From the NCBI GenBank assembly GCA_973895155.1, contig OZ316893.1, positions 14,786,645-14,850,644 on the forward strand: DNA of 64,000 nucleotides, in the 5' to 3' direction. The notes below the pieces were generated by a model. The model was given only the letters and a program-made list of their open reading frames with translations. It had not been told where the DNA came from and did not search any database. Origin of the DNA: Marsupella aquatica (taxonomy: Eukaryota > Plantae > Marchantiophyta). This document shows, piece by piece, positions 24,760 through 36,400 of the stretch (positions within the stretch are counted from its first letter, which is position 1; each line of letters begins with the position of its first letter). The position numbers were made by a program, and so were the translations under genes.

Positions 24760-25839
24760 CTAAACAAAGTGCTCCTTACAATGTGAATTTGAGCACGTGC
24801 CCCTGTCTTCTTTACTATCTACCCTAGTGTCACGGTTGCAAGTCCCTTTATCTTTAGGGAGCTGAAACTTGGTGATGTTGTTCCTAATGGCTATAATCTC
24901 CCGCAAAAAGTGTCTGGGATTTTCTCTATGTGGACCTGAATAGTCCCTTCCTACAAATGCTTTAGCAAGTGACGTGACAAGTGCATCATCAAGTTCTGCC
25001 TCAAGACGTAAACTACATATACAATGCTTCACGTTCCAAGGAATCTCATTGCTATTGAGGTCCAACACACTATGCGTAAACTGTGACTTCCAAATTTTTG
25101 TTGCACATCTCTTACTAAGTTGATCATAAGTAATTTCATTTTTTACCTTGTCTCTCTTTATGTGCAATAGAGACCACAGTGGAGAGTTAAGAAGAAGATA
25201 ACATCTAATGTCACTTGCATGGGATAGTTTCTCAAGACAAGGCCAAAGAATTGTTAGAAGAAAATTATCTCCACCATTGGCATGCGTGTAGGGCACTAGA
25301 AATAGTCCGGTCATGCTTGGGTTGGCAAATGCCTTAAGGGGGGAGTCATCCACAAGGAGGGTGTTGGTTTCATCATATAGATTTCCAAATCCACTCCATA
25401 CCACCCGAAAATCCTTCAGTAGCACATTTGCCTTTCCGTTTGTAATGTCACGCCTTTGAATGCCTGTGTCAAAGGCTTCCACCTGTGTGAATACAAACTT
25501 AAGTTTCAACCGCTCCTCAGCAGTGAACATCAAGTTCAGCATTTTCACTGTTCGATGTACCCCAGCACATGTCCAAATTGCAACGTCAAATCGGTCAAAA
25601 ACCAACTTTAGAAACTCATGGAGCCCTGGCCTTTCTGTGTACATGCGACTAATTCCATTTTTTCTATCCCAATGCACTCCACTTGGGGTCACAACATTTC
25701 TGGATTTGCCCTTGCTTTGGAATTCAACTGAATCCCAAAGTATTTTGTTAAGATCCAAAATCAGCAATTTGCGCTTGATGGAACAAAGTCTTGGTTCTGC
25801 AAGTGCAACAAATACCAATCTTAGAGAAAAAAACCACAT
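24760..25839 (-). CDS. FCP1/SCP (NIF) family HAD-fold phosphatase-like protein, transposon cargo
   Basis: KRKLLILDLNKIL, ERPGLHEFL, FDVAIWT, LLKDF, NTLLVDDSP..A..NP; motif I is DLN rather than DxD; probable acceptor near 25799, so the true start is uncertain. Confidence 0.85.
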   Translation of the reverse strand: MWFFSLRLVFVALAEPRLCSIKRKLLILDLNKILWDSVEFQSKGKSRNVVTPSGVHWDRKNGISRMYTERPGLHEFLKLVFDRFDVAIWTCAGVHRTVKMLNLMFTAEERLKLKFVFTQVEAFDTGIQRRDITNGKANVLLKDFRVVWSGFGNLYDETNTLLVDDSPLKAFANPSMTGLFLVPYTHANGGDNFLLTILWPCLEKLSHASDIRCYLLLNSPLWSLLHIKRDKVKNEITYDQLSKRCATKIWKSQFTHSVLDLNSNEIPWNVKHCICSLRLEAELDDALVTSLAKAFVGRDYSGPHRENPRHFLREIIAIRNNITKFQLPKDKGTCNRDTRVDSKEDRGTCSNSHCKEHFV

Positions 25840-26012
25840 TTGAAGTTTGGATAGAGATCATCTCTGTCAACCCAACACAAGTGGCCAACCACAAAGAAAA
25901 TATATTTGCATACTGATCATATTCATTGAGAAACCGTAAAGAGGAGATGGATATTGATACTGATGCTCTAATTGTTAAACTTGAAGTATAATTATACAGA
26001 CTATATTATATC

Positions 26013-29000
26013 TGTTGCAAACCATATACTCCAACAATGTAATGAATCTTATTCATGTGTCCAATATATATACATGAGGTAGTTGAGTTAGATCTTGGTT
26101 AGATCTTAACTCGGGTTAAGATATCTAATCCTAGTTAGGGTATAACACTCCCCCTTGGGTGTTATAGTTTTTGATGAAATTATAACAACCAATCTAAGTT
26201 GCTATCAGTTAGATATCTTCTACCTATGTTATATTGTGAGATGATGGAGGTGCAACCTCATTAAAACCTTCCCTACTAACATCATGGAAGGAAAGAGTAT
26301 TGCCACCTTCCATCTCTTTTGTATGATCTATTTTGTATGTATGTAAGATCTAGAGTACAATACTGGTTTAATTGTGTTTTCTATGTTGTTAAGCTCCATA
26401 GAGGTTGTTGTCTCCATTGTCTTCATTGTAGTGTATGTGAGTTATTGATGTTCTTGAGAATGTCTTGATCTCCTTTGTGGTAGTATTGATGGTTTGCTTC
26501 TTCATAGTAAGTAGTCATTCATCTTCAATAGTGTTGTTGTAGAAAAATCCATTCTCCCCCTCAATGTTAGAATCCTGCATCAGTTTCTTAAGACTTCGCA
26601 TCCCTAAGAGGTGAGTTAGTGTTCTATGAGTAGATGGGGGTAGAGATTTTGTTAGGATGTCAGCCAGGTTCTTGTCTCCTGAAATCCATTGTATGTCAAT
26701 GTCTTTTCCTTGTTGTTCATGTGAGAAAAAGAACTTGGGTGCAATATGTTTTGTGCGTTCACCTTTTATAAATCCTGATTTGATTTGAGTGATGCATGAC
26801 ATATTGTCTTCAAATATAGTTGTAGGCATGGTTAAGCGTTGTTTACCTGTTTGAATAAGAATATGGTCTAGTACTTGCCGTAGCCATAAACATTCTCTAG
26901 TAGCCTCATAAAGGGCAATAATTTCTGAATGATTTGAAGAAGTTGTTGCAAGTGTTTGCTTAGTACTTCTCCAAGATATTGGTGTTGATCCCATTAAGAA
27001 TATATATCCTGTTTGAGATCTACCGTCATGTGGATCAGAAAGGTATCCCGCGTCAACATATCCTGTCAACTTATGGTTATCCTCATTAGGAAAATATAGG
27101 CCGAGGTCGGATGTACCATTAAGGTATCTGAAAATTCGTTTTACCCCGTTCCAATGTCTTATAGTGGGCTGAGAACTATGTCTCGCCAGTAGGTTGACAG
27201 AAAATGCTATGTCTGGTCTTGTTTGATTAGATAAAAACATAAGAGCACCGATAGCCGAAAGGTATGGCATATCTGAACCTAATATAGGTTCGAATTCTTC
27301 TCTTTTTCTAAACATATCCTTATCCTTATCAAGGGTACGGATGTCCATGGGGGATTTAACAGGCTTCAACATATTCATTCTGAATTGTTGTAATATTTTC
27401 TTTGTGTAAGTAGTTTGGTGTAAAAGAATGCCTTTTTCCAAATGTTCAAATTGTAGTCCAATGCAATAAGAAGTTCTGCCCATGTCTCTCATTTCAAATA
27501 CGCTTTTTAGCGTTTGCATTGACTCATTCATCATCTTTTTCGTACCAAGGAGGTTGAGGTCATCAACATATATAGCGATGATTATGAATTCAGGTCCTTC
27601 ATGCTTTATAAATAAGCAAGGAGCTATTTTGGAATTCTTATATCCCATGGATATCATTTGATTTTTAAATCTTTGGTACCATGTACGTCCACTCTGTTTG
27701 AGTCCATAAATGGAACTAAGGACTTGAACTGCATACCAAGTCTTTGCTCCGGTTGCCTTATGGTCCTTTCTAGGTTCTTTTAATGCAATTGCTTTAGAAG
27801 CATTGTGGAGTACCAATTTGTTCATATAGTCAAATGATTTTGCACTTTTATCATTGTGCATATGTGGATTATGTTTTGAATTTGCATGGAAGTTTACTCT
27901 CTCAATGAGTTCAGGCGGGGCTTCCATATAAATCACGTTGTCCAGTTTACCATAAAGGTAAGCAGTAACAACGTCCATTTGGTGCATTAACAGGTTGTTG
28001 TTTATGGCAAATGCTATCAAATAGCGGTATGTGGTGACGTCCATGACCGGTGAGTATGTCAGGTCATAGTCAGTTCCATAAACTTGTGTGTAGCCTTTAG
28101 CAACCAGCCTAGCTTTGGACCACTTAGAATTGGCGTCTATCACTACCAAGAAGTATCGAAATGGTCCACTTGGTGGGTCTATTGGTCCACATATGTCCGC
28201 ATGGAGTCTCTCAAGGAATGCGGGGATATGGTTTTCGGTTTTTGGGATGGAGGGGGCTGTAATCATCTTGCCCTGGGAGCAGGCGATGCATGGTTTTTGG
28301 AATGACCTTGGGTGACAGGTCTTTGGTATTCCTGTTGAGTTGTTGACTATCCTATGGAACATGCTGGTTCCTGGGTGTCCCAATCTCATGTGCCATGTCT
28401 CGGTGATATCTTTGGTTTCTACCCCTAGGTTGTAACTTTGGTTTTGGGTGATGTAGAACCCTGAAGGGTGGGGAGAGATGGTTTCTCTAATGATTATCCC
28501 TCCTTCTGAGTGTGATGTTAGTTGCAATACTTCTTGTGAGTTTTGGGTGTTTGTTTGGATATGGTAGTTGTTGGCTCTAATATCTTGGAAACTTAAAAGG
28601 TTCCTTCTTGCTTTGGGGGCATATATGGCAGATGGGCATCTGATTATAGTGCCTCCCAGAAGAGTTAAGGTAGCTCTTCCGTGGCCTTCTTCTATTTGGC
28701 TTTCTCCGGTTATGGTGATGATTTGCCTTTGTGAGGGGATAATTTCGTGGAAATATTTTCTATCTCGGAGGATAGTGTGTGATGTTGCGCTGTCTATGAT
28801 GCATACATCTATATCCTCTAGGTCCATTGGGGGGTCTACCATATGAATTTCTGGTATAATCTCAGGTGATTCAAGGTAAACTCCATGGGTTTCATATTTT
28901 GATCCATCCAAACTTTGCTTGTAGAGTTTCACAAGATGGGCTGGGGCATGGCATACCTTTTGGGTGTGACCTTTTGTACCGCACCTGAAGCATGTGATTG

Positions 29001-31244
29001 AGCTGTTTGAGTTGTTTCTTGGCTTCTCTTGGTAGTTGTTGCGGCCTCGTTCCCATGTGTTCCTTCCTTGGGAGTTGTTTCTTCCACGGCCCCTTCCTCG
29101 GTTGCTGAATCTGCTGGATCCTCCTCTGTAGGAGTAGTTTGATCGTCCTCGCATCATTCCTCTTCCCCTATATGAGCCTCTCCCCCTGAATTTACTTGTA
29201 TTTCTATCATAAGGTGTGGTCATGTTAGCTTCTTTTTGTTTCTCGTTTATAATTAAGTTCGTCTCGGTGGTAGCAGGTATGGGGAGTGTACCCGGGGGTC
29301 TATCCTTTGCATTTGTCATGAGTAGGATTGAGTTTTGTTCTGCCAAGAGCATGTGTGCTATTAATGCTGAGTATTTAGTGAATGCCATATTTCTATACTG
29401 GTTTGAGATTACTAAGTTTGTAGGGTGAAATGTTGCTAGTGTCTTTTCGATTTGTTGTTTATCATTCACTAGTTCACCGCACATTTGGAGTTCGTTCGAG
29501 ATGCGGAACATCTCGCTGTTGTATAAGTCTACCGTTTTGAAATCTTGCACTCTTAAGGTTACCCATGCTTGTAGCGCGTTTGGTAAGTTTATAGTTGTTA
29601 TGTGTTCAAATCTCTCTTTCAATGCATTCCATAGGAGCCTTGGGTTGTATATCGTCTTGTATTGTTGTTTTAATGGTTCTACTAATTGGTGTCTTAGTAG
29701 GACTAATGCTTGTGCCACCTGGTATTGATCCACCCCAATATCCGTATGTATGGTTTCTGGGATCCTCTTTGCCGTGAGGTTGACCTCCACGTCTATTGTC
29801 CAATCATTGTAGTTCTTCCCGTCAATTCTCAGTGCTGGGAATAACAGTTTCTCCATTGCCATCTTGGGGCTAATATGGGCTCGTGAGGTGTCGGGTGGGT
29901 ATAAGTTTCTATTGTGCACTTATTGTGGTTTGTAATCACTGGGAATGGAGTTTTGCACTTAGCTGTTTTTGTGTGGTATTTCTTCGATGGTAGACTTGTC
30001 CTTATGGTCTCGGGCAGATCGTCTTTGCTTGCTCACGGGGAGGAGCTCCTCCTTTGATTCGTCTTCTCGGTCTCCCGGTTCTCTTTCTGATTCTTCCTAG
30101 TTTCGTTCTTATGGGTCTCCATTCGAATCTGGTTCAATGGGGTCGATCGTTCTTACGCCGTCTTATCGTCTCTGGGTAATTCGTGAATCGTTTGCTGCTG
30201 TTCCGTGTTTCCTTCTTGTTTGTTTCGCTCGGGCCTGAGTGCAGATTGTGCTCCTGTCCTTATGAGTCCCCTTGCTTCCCTGCAGCTTTCTTTTGGTATC
30301 TACTTTTCTTCAGGTCTTGTCCCGGTATTGTTAGATTCTTTCTTCTTCGGTGGGGGGAATTGGGAATCGCTGCTTTTTGTTTTCTTCAATATAGCATTTC
30401 TGAATCTGGGGATTCGTGTGTTTTGATTTTGAGTAATTACGATCGGATCCTGGTCTGGGCCTCGATTTTCTTCTTTTCCCTTCCAACGAGTTCCAGCTCT
30501 TGTTTATGGCTGAGGCTATTCTGCGTTCCTCTCCAGGTCCTGATCTTTGCTTTACCTTCGGGTTCGCGCTCCCTCCTATTGATTTCTCAATTTCTCTTAT
30601 CTGTTTTTCAATTTCCCATGTTCGGGGTTACTCCCAGATCGGTCTCTCCTGCTCTGCTGTCAATGTCTGTGTGACATCAGGTTTCGATCTGCGCTGGCCT
30701 GTCCTCCTTTGCTTTCTTTACTTCGTTTCTTTGATTACGACATTCCTTCTTGTCTGCTTCAATTTTGTCTTTCTCTCTTGTTTCCTTTCGTTTCAATTCA
30801 TTTGCATTAGGCTGCGGTTGGCCCTTCGTGTTTCTGTTTTCCTTCTGTCTCTCAGGTCCTCTCCTATTATGTCAGTGTCCTTTTAATTCTCGCCTTTTGC
30901 TCGCTGGCTCACGAGATCTCTCAATGGTGGTCTATCGTTCTCAAGCCATAGACAAAACCGGGAGCCCATATTGTTCTACTTGAGGTTTCTATCGAGAAAT
31001 GGCCCTCAAATGTGGCCAAAAGTGCTCAACTTTTGGGAAAAACTCTTCGGATCTCCCCTTATGGTTTAGCACCTCTTCGTGAAAAAAATTTGCATTCGTG
31101 TTGATAACGTGTTGCAAACCATATACTCCAACAATGTAATGAATCTTATTCATGTGTCCAATATATATACATGAGGTAGTTGAGTTAGATCTTGGTTAGA
31201 TCTTAACTCGGGTTAAGATATCTAATCCTAGTTAGGGTATAACA
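26013..31244 (-). mobile_element. Ty1/Copia element, Bianca-like, recent insertion with an internal integrase deletion
   Basis: Identical 135-bp LTRs (26013-26147, 31110-31244); ATATC TSD; PPT at 26148; non-canonical PBS CGTTATCAACACG. Confidence 0.95.
26515..29919 (-). CDS. Copia gag-pol polyprotein (1134 aa) lacking the integrase core
   Basis: CFRCGTKGH zinc knuckle, IIDSATSH protease, WHMRLGHP, CIACSQGK, LHADICGP...IDANSKWS fused directly to RT KARLVAKGY; YVDD; KHIAPKFFFSHE. Confidence 0.9.
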   Translation of the reverse strand: MHNRNLYPPDTSRAHISPKMAMEKLLFPALRIDGKNYNDWTIDVEVNLTAKRIPETIHTDIGVDQYQVAQALVLLRHQLVEPLKQQYKTIYNPRLLWNALKERFEHITTINLPNALQAWVTLRVQDFKTVDLYNSEMFRISNELQMCGELVNDKQQIEKTLATFHPTNLVISNQYRNMAFTKYSALIAHMLLAEQNSILLMTNAKDRPPGTLPIPATTETNLIINEKQKEANMTTPYDRNTSKFRGRGSYRGRGMMRGRSNYSYRGGSSRFSNRGRGRGRNNSQGRNTWERGRNNYQEKPRNNSNSSITCFRCGTKGHTQKVCHAPAHLVKLYKQSLDGSKYETHGVYLESPEIIPEIHMVDPPMDLEDIDVCIIDSATSHTILRDRKYFHEIIPSQRQIITITGESQIEEGHGRATLTLLGGTIIRCPSAIYAPKARRNLLSFQDIRANNYHIQTNTQNSQEVLQLTSHSEGGIIIRETISPHPSGFYITQNQSYNLGVETKDITETWHMRLGHPGTSMFHRIVNNSTGIPKTCHPRSFQKPCIACSQGKMITAPSIPKTENHIPAFLERLHADICGPIDPPSGPFRYFLVVIDANSKWSKARLVAKGYTQVYGTDYDLTYSPVMDVTTYRYLIAFAINNNLLMHQMDVVTAYLYGKLDNVIYMEAPPELIERVNFHANSKHNPHMHNDKSAKSFDYMNKLVLHNASKAIALKEPRKDHKATGAKTWYAVQVLSSIYGLKQSGRTWYQRFKNQMISMGYKNSKIAPCLFIKHEGPEFIIIAIYVDDLNLLGTKKMMNESMQTLKSVFEMRDMGRTSYCIGLQFEHLEKGILLHQTTYTKKILQQFRMNMLKPVKSPMDIRTLDKDKDMFRKREEFEPILGSDMPYLSAIGALMFLSNQTRPDIAFSVNLLARHSSQPTIRHWNGVKRIFRYLNGTSDLGLYFPNEDNHKLTGYVDAGYLSDPHDGRSQTGYIFLMGSTPISWRSTKQTLATTSSNHSEIIALYEATRECLWLRQVLDHILIQTGKQRLTMPTTIFEDNMSCITQIKSGFIKGERTKHIAPKFFFSHEQQGKDIDIQWISGDKNLADILTKSLPPSTHRTLTHLLGMRSLKKLMQDSNIEGENGFFYNNTIEDE

Positions 31245-31290
31245 ATATCAAATTGATAAGGTACGTCACATCGCTCAATCTAGACCTTGG

Positions 31291-34200
31291 CTAACAATGC
31301 GATCCATATTCATCAATCAAGATATCATCACCGAGCTCTTGTTGGATCTCATAATTGACATCGGAGGTACTCTCCTCTATCCAATAAGGTGCAGACCAAA
31401 CCGGAGTTATCAATCCCAATTCTCCACTTCTATAAGTTGGATCTTTCTTGTGCTTTTTGTATGAGTCATTGTTCAAAATTGATTGAGCAGCATCCAATGC
31501 AACTTCAGTTCCTACATCGGGTCCACTTTTCCACACGTAACATCGACAATCATATTCAAGTGACTTATATCCAGTTGATCCTACTCTCTTCCCTTTCTTT
31601 TTTGAGAGTGGAAGGATAACAGGACTTCTTGATTGTGATCGAACAAACACCAATTTGTCATCAGAAGCGGAAAAGAGTGTATCGGGACAAATTGAAGCAC
31701 CTGCCTGGTTGTCAGCAGTCGTGGATGCACTTGCTTCATTCATAGGAATGTCAGCTATTTGGATGGGCTGCGGTCTCAATCCCAATGTGTCGAGTTCATT
31801 GGACTCACCATGCCTCTCCGCACCTTGATTGAGAAGGTTGTTTGAAGACAGTTTTTCAAACGTATCAACTTCCATCTCTTGTCCAGGCAATTGTGGATGG
31901 AGACCATCTCTATCCAAGTTATCATCATACTGGCCCTCGTTGGGTCCCATGGGGGCAACATCTATAATTGGTGAACTACAAGGTGCAGATCCAATAATCA
32001 TATCGTCTTCCACAAGGTCAATATTTTCACCCTCGCCAACTCGATCATCCAAATTCTTCACGTATGCCTCCTCCGATGGCCCATCGTCTTTGACTGATTG
32101 GTCAGCTCCATCTTCTTGATCACCATCTTCTTGATCACCATCTGATTCATCGTCAATAGCAACAGCGACAGAAGAGGGTTTCCAATGTCTAGAACTTCCA
32201 CCGACATAGCGATCATAACGATCTTTGATGGTGGGAACCTTCTCACAAAGGAACGAAGCATATGCTTCCACAAAATGTCTCTCATGTTGAGAGTCACAAT
32301 AAACAAAACATTCACGTTGAGAAAAAAAGGATGCCTTCATCACTTGACCGCTAGAGAAAAAGTCAAGAATCAAATCCCTCGGCTCGGACAGTGTTTGGAT
32401 GATCTTTTGGATCATCCGTGTGGGTTTGGCGTGAGGATTCACCCACCCACCCCGAGCGCCGACCGTCTCAAATTGAGGTGCCATGTGCAGAAGTATTGCC
32501 GCCTCTTCTGGGGTCATCATATTTCTTAGATCTTCATGTAATGACTCCTCGTCCGCGTCCTTTGCCTTTCCCTTTCCCTTGACCTTCTCAACCATGAAAT
32601 CAGTATCCTTTTCACCGTACACCCATTTTGGCTTCATCTGGTTGGGCTTGAACACTTCATCCCAGCTGACGTTCTCTTTGCAAGAAATTCCCGCAAAGAT
32701 AACTTCTTCTATTCCTCCCTTCCAACATGAGTCGTGAGGGTGAGGTTGATCATCTCGGTAATAACTCCCATACTCAATGTGAATAGTCAAAGTTTTTGAA
32801 TGTCCTAATTTACGAAGAGCGCTTAGGACATTCAGTACAAGGTAACCCGGATGGACAGTTATCATCACAACAATGGTGGGATTCTATGGTAGCTCTACTA
32901 TGTATTGGAAGAGTACCAAAATCTCTGCTTCGGTCCACTCCTTCTGTTGAAGTCGGCTAAAATCAACAATTGCAAGAGGGCATGTTGGAGATTGTTCTTC
33001 CAACGACTCCGGATTGACTGTCTTCATTAGGTTGTTACTAAAAAATGTGACCCACGGTTGGGTCCGAGAACTTATCCCCCCACCAAACTTCTGACAGTAA
33101 ATATCTGACGCATCACCAATGTCATTGGCAATATCTCACTCTCCTTTGTATGATTAGATTTCAATAAATTTGTCAACCATACTTCACCAGCCGCTCTTCG
33201 GCACCTGTTCAACTCCGACTCGGCACCTAACAATGGGAGGACCTCAATTACTTTAACCCAATCACTATCTGCTAGGAAGTTTTTCGGATCCTTCTTGAAG
33301 TAGTAATCTCCAATAAGAGACTTTAGTTTGATCAATATCTTCACCTCCTTTGCAAAGTCCTCCATTGCTGGAACATCTGACTTATTTGTCGGATCCTTCT
33401 TCAATAAAACCTGACCTGACTTCACCTTGTTCAAAATTCTGGTCAAATCTCTACTTGATATTTCACCATCAAAACAATGAAACATTGCAACCGTTATACC
33501 CTTTTTGGACCTTTTGTTTCCCTGTGTACTAGCTCCATCAGGAAGATGTCCATCAATCCACATCTGGCACACTAACCGCCAGAGCTCGAAAAGATCATTC
33601 TCGGCAAAGAGCAACCGATATACATTTTTCAAGTTTTTTCTCCCCATGGTCATCCTTGCCAATGCCAAATAATCCTACAGTCAAAATTAGGGGAAAATAA
33701 GTTATCTACAATCAATGAGATTTGACAACAAACTATCACTTGAATTGCTTGTTGGACAGAGACCATCTCCATCCAAGTCATAACTAAAAGTAAAAGGAAG
33801 AGAAATCTTTGGAATGGACGATGACACTCTTGGACAGAGATCATCTCCATCCAAGTTATAACCAAAAGTAAAAGGAAGAGAAATCTCTGGAATGGACGAT
33901 GACACTCTTGGACAGAGATCATCTCCATCCAAGTCATAACCAAAGTAGAAGGAAGAGAAATCTCTAGAATGGACGATCACACTCTTGGACAAAGACCATC
34001 TCCATCCAAGTCATAACCAAAAGTAGAAGGAAGAGAAATCTCTAGAATGGACGATGACACTCTTGGATAGAGACCATCTCCATCCAAGTCATAACCAGAA
34101 ATATATTGAACTAAAATCAATGTAATGGACGGTCACACTCTTGGACAGAGACCATCTCTGTCCAAACAAGAAAAGTGTTTCTCACCTGAAATTTTTGATT

Positions 34201-35802
34201 CTCTTGGGCGTTTGACTTGTTGTCCCCGTGCTTTGGCTTTCTTGGTCCTCCGCATTCAAGGAATTGTTTCCTTGCATGAACAATTGTATCTTTGAAGCAC
34301 GATTGAAACACCATCGTCGAATTGATGGCATTTGATCTCATTGAGTGCTCAACCAATATAGCCGATGGTGTAAGGTCTGACAATAATCTAGACTTCCTAT
34401 ATTTTAACTTTTTTGCCAACATTGTGAGCTTGGCATCAGTTTTGGCCCATTCGAGAACCCACTTGGCCGCCCTAGCCGAATGTTGCCCACTGATGGCAAA
34501 GAAACCAATCTCGCCTTTCTTCACTCCTGCAAGAAAGTCTTTGCGGTCGTTCTCCGTGCTGTCAAAATGGAGCAACTTTCTAAGCTTCAGACTATAAGGA
34601 AGGAGGTCCGCGATGTGAGGTTCATGTCCGGGGTTTTTGACCATGGATTTGGCTATGTGCTTCACATGGGTACTACTGAGCATCCTGTAACATAATCTTG
34701 CAGGTGCAGGCACAATTTTCTCCACTAGAATAGAAAACAGTTCATTTATCCCAAAAGTATAGTACTGCTCTATTCTCTGGAGAACATCATTTCCTTCTAA
34801 GACTTTCTTCTCCTCAGGGGCATCAAGTTTGTCTCCCTCATCTTCTGGGAGCATCTGTACGTCCGCAGGGGTTGACCGCAAAAGAGACTTGTCAATTTTC
34901 TGTTTCTTCGCTACTGGCTTCTTCTCGGGTTCCTTCGGCAATGTCTCAATTTTCTCGCGACCCTTCCTCTCTCTTAGTCTTCGCTTCCCTACCACTTGTT
35001 TGGTGCTTGTCCCAGTCGTTGTTCCTGCAGTCCCTGTTGTTGTCTCCTGAGATATTTTTCTAGGTTTGGGAACTTCGTTGGGAACTTCTTTGTTAACAAC
35101 TACTGGAAGCTCGTTCACCACTACTGGTGCAACATTTGTAGGCTTGGGTAATGATTCCACCCACTTTTTTGCATTATCCATCGCAAACTCCTCTACAAAT
35201 GCAATTTGCTTGTCAAGGCAAACACCTGATTCCGCAGATAGGAATCCTGCCTTGTCAAGCAAATTATTTAAAATCCATGTCACCGGAAATGTATAATTCC
35301 CTTGGTGTTTATGGATATTCAGCTTCACATATTGAAACCCATACATGATGTCAAGTGGAAGAATCCCCTTCACTCCAGCAATCACCTTTTGAGTTGAATA
35401 CGACTTAGGGAAAAAGCCCATTGCCATCACGCCAAGTTCTCCAACAGCAGACCACTCAACATTGAACTCTGAAGAATACGCCTTTGATGGTAGATGTAGC
35501 TTAACCCATCGTATCCTTTCATGGAGCTCAAGAATGATGGAAACAAACCCTCTTCCTTCAATTCCAATGAAGACTACAAGTCCGAGTACAAGAGTCTCTT
35601 GATCTTTTGTTCTGACCTTTATGCACAAAATGGGATCCCGTCTCTCTGACGTGATAAGGAAATCAAAATCAACTCTAGAGAACTCAAGGCCCCAACAAAA
35701 ATCTGGTTTGCTCTGCTCCAACAAGACTCCCTCGGAGCAGTCTGATTCTGAAATTGCTGGTTTCAATCCATTTAGATCGCTCCCTGCAATAGTCCCATCC
35801 AT
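31291..35802 (-). pseudogene. Two-exon ~1330-aa cargo gene: ParB/Srx-like domain plus beta-class N4/N6 DNA-methyltransferase-like domain; one frameshift (near 33100) and one TAG (near 32885)
   Basis: Exon 1 35802-34186 (RMLSSTHVKHIAKSM...FFAISGQHSARA); phase-0 GT-AG intron 34185-33675; exon 2 has LAIVDFS and NPHAKPTRMIQKIIQTLSEPRDLILDFFSSGQ, resembling HPxxKPxxL...S.PGDLVLDPFxGSG. Confidence 0.65.
33752..34165. repeat. 78-bp tandem repeat (5-6 copies) in the intron, each carrying the element's palindrome
   Basis: ttgga(c/t)a... at 33752, 33830, 33908, 33985, 34063 and 34141. Confidence 0.9.
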
Positions 35803-35860
35803 GCATATTAGTTTGGAAAATCATAATTTGTAATCGACAAAGATGAGGTTCTCTCACAGT

Positions 35861-36400
35861 TTGGACAGAGATGATCCCTATCCAATTGGACAGGGATGAT
35901 CTCTATCCTCTACTTGGATAGGGATGATCTCTGTCCAATTTGTAACAAAGATAATCTTTGTTCGATCAAAGGATACTGACAATCTTTATTAGGAATTGGA
36001 CAGGGATGATCTCTATCCTCTACTTGGATAGGGATGATCTCTATCCTCTACTTGGATAGAGATGATCTCTGTCCAATTCCTAATAAAGATCATCTTTGTT
36101 CGATCAGAGGATACTGACGATCTTTATTAGGAATTGGACAGGGATCATCTCTATCCTCTACTTGGATAGGGATCATCTCTATCCAATTAAAAATAAAGAT
36201 CCTCAACATCCTCTGATAGGACAGTTTTGATCCTCTGGTTGGACATCCTCTATCGTCATTTTGGAAATAGATGATCCCTATCCAATTGGACAGGGATGAT
36301 CTCTGTCCTCAATTTGGACAGAGATCATCTCTATCCAATTCCTAATAAAGATCACTATCTTCTACTTGGACTCTACTTGGACAGGGATGATCTCTGTCCA
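35861..36400. repeat. Cluster of GGAYAGRGAT-N-ATCYCTRTCC palindromes upstream of the ParB/MTase-like gene
   Basis: For example ttggacagagatgatccctatccaa; more than 10 copies. Confidence 0.9.

Noticed and set aside
30183-30983. + strand hydrophobic ORFs
   Set aside because: Antisense to the A-rich 5' leader of the Bianca-like element; compositional artefact
31291-35802. Bacterial/plasmid contamination or a true ParABS locus
   Set aside because: The gene has a spliceosomal-type intron, sits inside a TSD-bounded element nested in plant retroelements, and no ParA ATPase is visible
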